Shown here piece after piece: positions 40,201 to 46,692 of a stretch of 64,000 nucleotides of DNA (position 1 is its first letter; every line of letters starts with the position of its first letter). Source of the stretch: an uncultured Gemmatimonadales bacterium (GTDB lineage Bacteria; Gemmatimonadota; Gemmatimonadetes; Longimicrobiales; RSA9). The stretch spans positions 384,001 to 448,000 of the forward strand of contig CAWAMW010000002.1 in NCBI GenBank assembly GCA_963783305.1. Reading direction: 5' to 3'. Both the position numbers and the translations under genes were made by a program. A model generated the notes under the pieces. That model worked only from the letters and a program-made list of their open reading frames with translations, was not told the origin of the DNA and did no database searches.

Positions 40201-41824
40201 TCTCCTCGTCCAGCTCGCCCACCCGCGGGCCGTCCTCCCCCAGGTAGACGGCGAACAGACCGCGGTCGGGGATGGTGCCGGCGTTCACCGCGGCCAGCAT
40301 CCGCGCGCCGCGCCGGCCGCTGATGACGTCGCGTTCCCGGTCCCAGTGGATCCGGGGCCGGAGCTCGCTGAACTCGTGCGACGGGTACAGCCCCGACAGC
40401 ATGTCGAGCACACCTGTCAGCGCCGACTCCGGCAGCTCCCGGAAGTTGGCCGACCGGCGGACCAGCTTCGCGAGGTCGTCGACCGGCCAGTCCTGAACCG
40501 CCGCCATGGCGACGATGTGCTGGGCCAGCACGTCCAGCGGGTTGGTCGGGACGCGGAGCGGCTCGATGGCACCCTCCCGCATCCGCTGCGCGACAATGGC
40601 CGCCTCCAGCAGGTCGCCCCGGTGCTTGGGGAAGACGCGGCCTATGCTGGGCTCACCCACCTGGTGACCCGCGCGACCCACACGCTGGAGCCCGCTCGAT
40701 ACCGACCCCGGGCTCTCCACCAGGATCACCAGGTCCACCGCGCCCATGTCGATCCCCAGCTCCAGTGAGCTGGTAGCCACGATCGCAGGCAGCGACCCGG
40801 CCTTGAGCGCCTCCTCCACCTCCCGCCGCTGCTCGTGCGCAAGGCTCCCGTGATGCGACCGCACCAGCTCCTCGCCCGCCTGCTCGTTCAGCCGCTGCGC
40901 CAGCCGCTCCGCCAGGCCCCGGCTGTTCACGAAGATGATGGTCGTGCGATGCGAACGGATCAGCCTCAGGATCCGCGGATAGACCGCCGGCCAGATCCCG
41001 TACTGCCGCGTCACCTCCTCTTCCTCCGCCAGCATCAGCGACCCCGGCGGCTCCTCCCCCTCCTCGATTACGGCGAAGTCCCCGTCCTCCGTCTCCACCA
41101 CCGGCCGCGTCATGTCCTCCACCGGGACGATGACCTGCAGGTCCAGCAGGGGCGGGACGTGGGCGTCGATGACGGTGACCGGGCGGTCGCCGGCGAGGAA
41201 GCGCGCGACCTCGTCCGCCGGCCGGGCTGTGGCGCTCAGGCCGATCCGCTGCGGATCCTCGTCCGCCACCCGGCTCAGCCGCTCCAGCGACAGCGACAGG
41301 TGCGCCCCGCGCTTCGTGGCCGCCATGGCGTGGATCTCGTCCACGATCACCCACTTCACGCTCCGGAACGTCTCCCGCGCCTGCCCGCCCAGCAGCAGGT
41401 AGAGCGACTCCGGCGTGGTCACCAGGATCTCGCCCGGGTCCCGGATCTGACGACGGCGGTCGCTCTGCGGCGTGTCCCCCGTCCGCACGTCCACACGCGG
41501 ATGACGGTAGTGCTCCCCCAGCCGCGCGGCCGCCCGCTCGATCCCCGCCAGCGGTGTCCGCAGGTTCCGCTCGATGTCATAGACCAGCGCCTTCAGCGGC
41601 GACACGTAAACGACCCGGACCCCCGGCTCCGCGTCGTCCTCCAGCCGACCCAGCCGGTCCAGCGCGTACAGAAACGCCGCCAGTGTCTTTCCGCTCCCGG
41701 TCGGCGCGATCAGTAGCGTGTTCTCCCCAGCCGCGATGCGCGGCCAACCCTCGCCCTGCACCTCCGTGGGCGCGGCGAAGGCGCGGTCGAACCAGTCGCG
41801 GGTGGCGGGCGTGAAGTAGTCCAT
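37217..41824 (-). CDS. lhr: Large helicase-related protein (full-length Lhr with C-terminal winged-helix/glycosylase-like extension)
   Basis: APTGSGKT, SPLKAL, TTPESL, DEIH, SAT, HHGSL, ATSSLELGID and QRVGRAGH; C-terminal RRGYFVEGLGGAQF and ATDPANPYG. Confidence 0.95.
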   Translation of the reverse strand: MDYFTPATRDWFDRAFAAPTEVQGEGWPRIAAGENTLLIAPTGSGKTLAAFLYALDRLGRLEDDAEPGVRVVYVSPLKALVYDIERNLRTPLAGIERAAARLGEHYRHPRVDVRTGDTPQSDRRRQIRDPGEILVTTPESLYLLLGGQARETFRSVKWVIVDEIHAMAATKRGAHLSLSLERLSRVADEDPQRIGLSATARPADEVARFLAGDRPVTVIDAHVPPLLDLQVIVPVEDMTRPVVETEDGDFAVIEEGEEPPGSLMLAEEEEVTRQYGIWPAVYPRILRLIRSHRTTIIFVNSRGLAERLAQRLNEQAGEELVRSHHGSLAHEQRREVEEALKAGSLPAIVATSSLELGIDMGAVDLVILVESPGSVSSGLQRVGRAGHQVGEPSIGRVFPKHRGDLLEAAIVAQRMREGAIEPLRVPTNPLDVLAQHIVAMAAVQDWPVDDLAKLVRRSANFRELPESALTGVLDMLSGLYPSHEFSELRPRIHWDRERDVISGRRGARMLAAVNAGTIPDRGLFAVYLGEDGPRVGELDEEMVHESQPGQTFTLGATTWRIQDITRDRVIVEPAPGEPGRLPFWKGEGPGRPLELGRALGAFTREIGDRVVAGDEEAAVSRLRQEFGLDEWAARNLVDYVADQEHATGTLPTDRDITLERFRDELGDWRVCILTPFGSRVHAPWALAIRGLVSERVGYDVQTVWSDDGIVLTLAAGDEPPELDRLIPDPDEIEDRVIDELARSPLFASQFRENAARALLLPRRRPGHRTPLFAQRLRAQKLMGVAMQYPSFPIVMETYRSSLQDVFDVPALRDVLRRIGSREIRVHEVETSSASPFARSLVYAYVAAYLYEGDSPAAERRAQALSVDMELLRELLGEADMRELLDADVITEVEDRLQRRTEGRRARHPDALHDVLRELGDLTKAELLERFDHRSSSVEGGTATTAAESDIDADAARRTLEGWLAELRSARRAARVRVAGRDAWVAVEDVALYRDALGVAPPAGVASAFLEPAADPVEQLLGRYARTHGPFTAGELAERYGLVPAQVRSLLKGLADDGRLLRGEFRPGAEGEEWVDPEVLRQVKRWTIAKLRGQVAPVDPEVLARFLPSWHRVSGDLHDSVEDALIQLEGIPLSYRELVRMILPSRVRDFHPAMLDELGSLGWLVWVGHSPLRSDDGRVLLYRRDRVDRLLVPPALDDAAELVETFDDRHRRVLEHLDGRGASFHGELAAALPDVSPDRLLEAVWDLVWGGLVTNDTFAALRHLSQPSSRRGSSRRSGRAGRPGRPGGRPRAGLPRPGKVLGRAGGSGAGSAGPGGRWSLVRDLVRQPVSSTERAAAWAMTLLDRHGVVARETASVEALGGGFSSVYRVLRSLEEQGKVRRGYFVEGLGGAQFAYPGLVDRLRRVRDGEAEGEVVALAATDPANPYGWLLPWPELTESSGRAPTRSTGSVVVLVDGAPVLYLDRRGRRLRTFAGVEPDRVARALPLLRAVAARQARRVLSLETVDGEAAFRSPLLGAMEAAGFTPDYRYVRISGDR

Positions 41825-41854
41825 GGGAGGCGATGCTACCCGCGCGGCGCGGGA

Positions 41855-41960
41855 CGGTTCACAGGGCGGCTGCGCCGCCGTTCACGGTTCACGGTTCACG
41901 GTTCACGGTTCACGGGCCGGCGCCGTTCACGGTGCATGGTGCATGGTTCACGGTTCACGG
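41855..41960. repeat. 7-bp tandem repeat tract
   Basis: GTTCACG x5 at 41880-41914, plus further GTTCACG and GTGCATG copies to 41960. Confidence 0.92.
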
Positions 41961-42014
41961 GCCGGCGAGAACGCCGTGGCGATTGGCGGCTGGGCCTGGT
42001 GGACGGCCTGACCA

Positions 42015-42211
42015 TTCCGGGGAACTCCCCAACCAACGGGGGTTTCACGGTTCATTGGGGACTCGACCGGACATATTCCGGGGAAGTCCCCGAGGGATCA
42101 TGGGTTGGCGCAATTCGTTGGGGAGTTCTCCGGAGTATGTCCGGGGAAGTCCCCAGATTTCGCACCACCCACCGTTGTTTGGGGACTTGACCGGGTACCG
42201 CACCGGGAAGT
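42015..42211. repeat. ~62-bp-period array of 35-bp palindromic repeats (REP/BIME-like; CRISPR-like spacing)
   Basis: GGGGACTCGACCGGACATATTCCGGGGAAGTCCCC (42057-42091) and GGGGAGTTCTCCGGAGTATGTCCGGGGAAGTCCCC (42120-42154), a half unit at 42015-42030 and a degenerate unit from 42181. Intervening segments are 26, 28 and 26 bp. Confidence 0.85.
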
Positions 42212-42226
42212 GGGGGCGGCCGGCCA

Positions 42227-42308
42227 CGGCCGCCCTCCTCTCGGCCCCCTCCTCTCGGCCGCTCTCCGCTCGGCCGCTCTCCGCTCGACCGCCCCCACTC
42301 GGCCGCCC
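42227..42308. repeat. Tandem repeat, ~5-6 copies of a 14-15 bp unit
   Basis: CGGCCGCTCTCCGCT and variants. Confidence 0.8.
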
Positions 42309-42331
42309 AGCTCCCATCGCACCTGCGTGGC

Positions 42332-43255
42332 TCACCGGACCAGCGCCTGGGCCAGCTTCACCAGGAGTTGGCGCGGCTCCCGAACGATCTGCCGCCAGGT
42401 GACCCGCATGGTCCGATATCCCGCCGCCATGAGTACGGCGTCCCGGTTCCGATCGGCCTCGAAGGCATGATCCCCGTCGTGGTATGCGCGGCCGTCGACT
42501 TCGACGATCAGACGTTCATCGGGCCAGAGGGAGTCCACCTCGAAACCCTCGACGACGACGTTGGTTTTCGGCCGGGGCAGCTCGGCGCCGCGGACCAGGT
42601 CGTGGAACCGGCGCTCGGCCTCGGACCGGAGGAAGGCGGGTTCACCGTCGGCGTCCAGGAGCGCCCGCAGCCGACCGCGTCCCGCGCGGCGCTGATAGCG
42701 GTCGAGGAGCACCTCGAAGTCCCCTGGAGTGACCATGTCCCGCCGGAGCGCGGTCGCCAGCGCGCGTTCGAGATCCCTGCCGCCACAGACGCCGTCCCTG
42801 CCGCCACAGACGCCGGCGAGGTCGAGGATGGTCCGGGCGGCAGAGGTCAGGGGGAGCCCCTCCCGAGCCGTCACTTCGTCGGCCCCGAGGGCGCTCACCC
42901 GATGGATCCGGATCGCCGAACCTCCGATTCGCACGTCCCGGATCGTGCTGATCTCCACGGGCGCGTCCGCGGCCAGCGGCGGCAGGAGCTCGAGAACCGC
43001 GGCGGCCGCACGGTGGCTGACGAAACAACCATCGCCCGTGGCCAGAACCGCGGCGAGCTCCCGCGCCCGTGGCCCGGCCACGGCCCGGACTGCATAGACG
43101 CCCCGATACACCGACGTCAGCACCCCGCACTCGAGCCGGTACTCGATCCGGTTCCCGGAAATCCCGGCCGCGATCAGCTGCGACCGCGCCACTACCCCAT
43201 GCTGCCGAGCCGCGATCTGATGAATCGCCGCGTCGGCCCGGGCGCTCCCGGACAC
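42332..43255 (-). CDS. AbiEi-type N-terminal HTH protein with C-terminal DUF559 (Vsr-like PD-(D/E)xK) endonuclease domain
   Basis: QHGVVARSQL..G and YRGVYAV (AbiEi-like); SHRAAA and TSAARTILD middle domain; RSEAE...EVDSLW...IVEVDGRAYH...DRNRD..L..AGY..RVTW (DUF559). Confidence 0.88.
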   Translation of the reverse strand: MSGSARADAAIHQIAARQHGVVARSQLIAAGISGNRIEYRLECGVLTSVYRGVYAVRAVAGPRARELAAVLATGDGCFVSHRAAAAVLELLPPLAADAPVEISTIRDVRIGGSAIRIHRVSALGADEVTAREGLPLTSAARTILDLAGVCGGRDGVCGGRDLERALATALRRDMVTPGDFEVLLDRYQRRAGRGRLRALLDADGEPAFLRSEAERRFHDLVRGAELPRPKTNVVVEGFEVDSLWPDERLIVEVDGRAYHDGDHAFEADRNRDAVLMAAGYRTMRVTWRQIVREPRQLLVKLAQALVR

Positions 43256-43376
43256 CGTGCGATGGCTCCCACACGTTCTCTCCACCCGTCGAAGCTCACG
43301 CGTGGGACGGGGCAACACCATGGCGGAGCGGGACGGGCCCGTAGATTCCGACGCCCCCCGCCATCGCGAAGGACCC

Positions 43377-43406
43377 TTGACATGATATATCGGCGATCTA
43401 TATGTA
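43377..43406 (+). promoter_or_regulatory. Sigma-70 promoter with an overlapping AT-rich palindrome (probable PadR operator)
   Basis: TTGACA at 43377-43382; TATATG/TATGTA 16-18 bp downstream; ATATATCG-G-CGATCTAT inverted repeat in the spacer. Confidence 0.65.
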
Positions 43407-43442
43407 TAGGAACACACACTCACATGGACACCGAGCCACGGC

Positions 43443-43811
43443 ATGACCTTCGACGCGCAGTCCCTGCCGAAACGGCTGAACGAGCTGCTCATACTCCAGG
43501 AGCTGGATCGAGGCCCGCTGCATGGCTATCAGATCGCACTGGCGGTGGAGGACCGGAGCGAGGGGTATTTCGCGTTCAGCCACGGCACGCTCTACCCGAT
43601 CCTGCACCGCCTGGAGAAGGACGGTCTGATCGCGGGCCGGTGGTCTGACCCGGCGGAAGGTCGTCCGCGCAAGGAATATGAGATGACGGAGGCGGGTCGG
43701 ATCCATCTGGGGGCGCTGATCAGCGATTGGAGGAAGCTGAACGCCCGGGTCGAGACATTCCTGGAAATGGGGGAGGCGACGGATGGAGAGATTCGCACCG
43801 GCGCTGCGTAG
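43443..43811 (+). CDS. PadR-family transcriptional regulator
   Basis: HGYQI, GTLYPILHRLEKDGLI and RPRKEYEMTEAG. Confidence 0.93.
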   Translation: MTFDAQSLPKRLNELLILQELDRGPLHGYQIALAVEDRSEGYFAFSHGTLYPILHRLEKDGLIAGRWSDPAEGRPRKEYEMTEAGRIHLGALISDWRKLNARVETFLEMGEATDGEIRTGAA

Positions 43812-44580
43812 GCTGTCCGGGGAGCTCGACCTTCCGAGGAGGGAGCGTGCGGCGGTGCTGACGGAGCTCGCCGCGGACCTCGAGGCGACGTACGAGCACC
43901 ACCTCCGCAGCGGCGCATCTCAGGAGGAGGCGGCGCGGAAGGCGGAGGCGCTGGTTCTCGGTACGCCGGAGGTGATCCGCTGCCTCGGCCGGATTCACCG
44001 TGCGCCGTGGCGCGGCTGGTCGGAGGATCTGGGGGCGAGCCTGAGCGGCGGCCTGGACCTCGCTCTGCTGATCGGAGCTGTCCTGCCCATGGGGATCGCC
44101 GCGGCGGCGGTGGCCGTCATGACGCTGGTGCGAGCGGCGGGTCCGGCCGCCTGGCTGCTCGCGGGTCTGGGAGCGCTGATCGCGGTCCTGATCGTGAAGG
44201 AGTCTGTCCGGCTCGCGCGTGGCATGCCCGCCCGGCCCGGGAGCCTCTCTACGCTCCTGGGGCTTGCCGCCCTCTCCCCGGCCGTGGGTCTGCTCGCCCT
44301 GGTCGTGGGAGCGTCCGAGGCGGCCCTTGATCTGTCTGCGGCGGCGGGCGATGGCCCGGCGGTGCTGGTGGCGACGATGGACACCCTCGCCGTCGCCGGA
44401 TCGACGTTCCTCTTCGGGCTGCTCCTCGGCATGACCGGCTCACTCTCGTGGTTCATCCTGCTGAGCCGCTCCTCTGCCCGGGTCATGGGCGAGGTGGAGG
44501 CGATGCTGGCGGACCCGATGGACGGCGGGGTCGACGATCCCCGCCATACCCTTTCACTCGTATCCGGAGGTATGAAATGA
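43783..44580 (+). CDS. PadR-associated membrane protein (HAAS-like N-terminal domain plus ~4 TM)
   Basis: L...LDLP..ER..VL.EL..DLE..Y....SG....EA pattern followed by hydrophobic segments. Confidence 0.7.
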   Translation: MERFAPALRRLSGELDLPRRERAAVLTELAADLEATYEHHLRSGASQEEAARKAEALVLGTPEVIRCLGRIHRAPWRGWSEDLGASLSGGLDLALLIGAVLPMGIAAAAVAVMTLVRAAGPAAWLLAGLGALIAVLIVKESVRLARGMPARPGSLSTLLGLAALSPAVGLLALVVGASEAALDLSAAAGDGPAVLVATMDTLAVAGSTFLFGLLLGMTGSLSWFILLSRSSARVMGEVEAMLADPMDGGVDDPRHTLSLVSGGMK

Positions 44581-44963
44581 TCGATCGATTTCTCAGCGGC
44601 GGAGTCATGATGTGGCCCCTCCTGTTCGTCGCCGTCGGTGTGGCGGCTCTGGCGGTCCGGACGGCGCTCCACCTGCGAAGCGGGGCGAGCAGGCTGCCCA
44701 GGGCGCAGGCGACCATGAGGTCCATCCTGTTCTGGGGGGGGATGTCGCTGCTTCTCGGCCTGCTGGGTACCGTGGTGGGTATGCTCGTGATGGCCGACGC
44801 CATCCAGCGGGCCGGCGGCGCGAGTCCTGGCCTGGTCTGGGGGGGTGTGGGTGTCTCCCTCGTCAGCCTGATCTTCGGGATCGCGATCCTGCTGTTCTCC
44901 GGCCTCGTCTGGGCGGCCCTGCACCGCTGGAGCGAGCGGGTGCGGGAGAGCGCGGGCGTGTAG
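44577..44963 (+). CDS. MotA/TolQ/ExbB proton-channel-family small membrane protein
   Basis: MIDRFLSGGVMMWPL, LLGLLGTVVGM and GGVGVSL; ATGA overlap. Confidence 0.8.
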   Translation: MIDRFLSGGVMMWPLLFVAVGVAALAVRTALHLRSGASRLPRAQATMRSILFWGGMSLLLGLLGTVVGMLVMADAIQRAGGASPGLVWGGVGVSLVSLIFGIAILLFSGLVWAALHRWSERVRESAGV

Positions 44964-44969
44964 CGCTCG

Positions 44970-45542
44970 ATGGAGATCACCGAGACCCTACAGCCCTCGA
45001 CCCGCGAGGAGTGGCGCGACTGGCTCGCCGGACACTACCAGGATCGCTCGGAGATCTGGCTGGTGACGCCCCGCAAGGCGACCGGCCGGCCCGGGGTCGC
45101 CTACAACGACGCCGTGGAGGAGGCGCTCTGCTTCGGCTGGATCGATGGGATCCGCAAGTCGCTGGGTGAGGACCGCCTGGCGCAGCGGTTCACGCCCCGC
45201 CGGGACGGGAGCGGGTTCTCGCAGCTCAACCGCGAGCGCCTGGCGCGGATGATCGCGGAGGGGAAGGTGGCGCAGCCGGTCCTCGACGCGGTCGCCACGC
45301 TGGACGATATCTCACCGGAATCGTACCAGGTCCCGACGGAGATCCAGGACGTGCTACGGGCGACGCCGGAGGCCTGGCGCCACTGGCAGGGCTTCTCCCC
45401 GGCGTACCGTCGGATCCGGGCCGCGTACGTGGACACGGCCCGGGAGCGCGACGAGGCGGAGTACCGGAAGCGGCTGGACCACCTCGTGCGGAAGACGGCC
45501 GCGGGAAAGCAGTTCGGCTACGGCATCGAGTCCTACTACTGA
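44970..45542 (+). CDS. YdeI/OmpD-associated (bacteriocin-protection) family protein
   Basis: REEWRDWL..H, YNDAVEEALCFGWIDG and RFTPRR..S.FS..N. Confidence 0.9.
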   Translation: MEITETLQPSTREEWRDWLAGHYQDRSEIWLVTPRKATGRPGVAYNDAVEEALCFGWIDGIRKSLGEDRLAQRFTPRRDGSGFSQLNRERLARMIAEGKVAQPVLDAVATLDDISPESYQVPTEIQDVLRATPEAWRHWQGFSPAYRRIRAAYVDTARERDEAEYRKRLDHLVRKTAAGKQFGYGIESYY

Positions 45543-45585
45543 CGGAGCGCCATGTCGGTTGGGTGACGCGCGGCCCGCGCTCGGG

Positions 45586-46521
45586 TCAGCCGCCTTCGCC
45601 CGTCGCCGTGATGTGATACACCGGCTGCTGCCGCTCCAGCGTCACCAGGACCTCACCCCGCGACTGCGCCTCCCGCATCACCTCGCCCAGGATCGCCTGG
45701 AGCTCCCGCGACTTCCGCGCAGCCATCCGCTCCAGGAACGTCCGGGCGACCAGGTCGAGCGCGGCCTCCTCCCCGGCCGGAAGGGACCGGTCGGTGGCGA
45801 CCACGCCCTCCGGCAGATCCGCCGGCGCCGGGTACGCCTCGTACACGACGTCCACGGTGGTCCCGAACTCGTGCGCGCTGGTGCCCGCCGCGGCGTTCGA
45901 GTTGCTGCGCCGGAGCCGCGCCTGCTGGGCGGGAGTCCGGAGCACACTCGAGATCTCGTAGCGGAAGCGGGGCAGGCCCATCCCCTCCAGCCGGTCCTGG
46001 AACGCCGCGCCGATCCGCTCGAGGAGCGCGCGCGTGTCGGGCGTCACGTACGGCTGCACGCCGTCCCGCAGGACCCAGTGCTCGGTGCTGTCCTCGAGCG
46101 TCACCAGCCGGCCGTCCTCCACCGCGGCGCGGAGATCCGCCTCGTCCGCCGGGTGGAACCCGACCCGCCGCGCCACCCGCACGTTCTCGTCGTTCGACCA
46201 GCGACGCAGCGACTCCTCATCCTCGGGGCGCATGAGCGCGACCGGCCGGAGCAGGTCCTCCACGGAGTCGGCCATCGCCATGGCGCGGCGGATCGTGGCG
46301 AGCAGCGCGCCACCGTCGCTCGTCCCACCCTGCCCCGCGTCCGCGTCGGCGGCGTCCCGAACGGCGGTCCCGGCGGGCTCGCCGTCCCCCTGCACTTCGG
46401 GCGCGCACCCGCCGAGGAGCGCGAGCGTGGAGAGGAAGAGGACGGCGAGGGGGATCGGGGAACGCCGGACTGCCGCGCGTCGGGCGCGCTGCGGGCTGCG
46501 AAGTCGTCGTAGAGTGGTCAT
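45586..46521 (-). CDS. DUF5715-like lipoprotein with M15/LAS-type Zn-peptidase motifs
   Basis: LLGGC lipobox; SVLRTPAQQ, SAHEFGTTVD and ERQQPVYHIT. Confidence 0.75.
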   Translation of the reverse strand: MTTLRRLRSPQRARRAAVRRSPIPLAVLFLSTLALLGGCAPEVQGDGEPAGTAVRDAADADAGQGGTSDGGALLATIRRAMAMADSVEDLLRPVALMRPEDEESLRRWSNDENVRVARRVGFHPADEADLRAAVEDGRLVTLEDSTEHWVLRDGVQPYVTPDTRALLERIGAAFQDRLEGMGLPRFRYEISSVLRTPAQQARLRRSNSNAAAGTSAHEFGTTVDVVYEAYPAPADLPEGVVATDRSLPAGEEAALDLVARTFLERMAARKSRELQAILGEVMREAQSRGEVLVTLERQQPVYHITATGEGG

Positions 46522-46692
46522 GCCGGAAAGCGGCTGGAAGATCGGTGCCACTCCGAGAGCGTCGTGAAGCCGGATCTTCCACCCTACGATTCGCGCTCCG
46601 TCCTCCCGCACCCGTGCCCCGGCCGCTTGTCACGGCCCGGACCCCCGACCAAGTTTGGGCAGGCACGCTACCCGATACCCGAGGGCCCTCGC

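Noticed and set aside
37790..40768. Long antisense ORFs (992 aa here; also 30908-32896, 9507-11555, 21938-23971, 2555-4120)
   Set aside because: Shadow frames of high-GC genes. They lie opposite or across well-supported genes and have no recognisable motifs.
42015..42211. Calling the 62-bp-period array a CRISPR array
   Set aside because: Only ~4 divergent units, linkers are partly inverted copies of each other, there is no AT-rich leader and no cas gene in the window. Reported as a REP-like array instead.
42332..43255. Complete type IV toxin-antitoxin (AbiE) system
   Set aside because: No AbiEii nucleotidyltransferase gene is adjacent.
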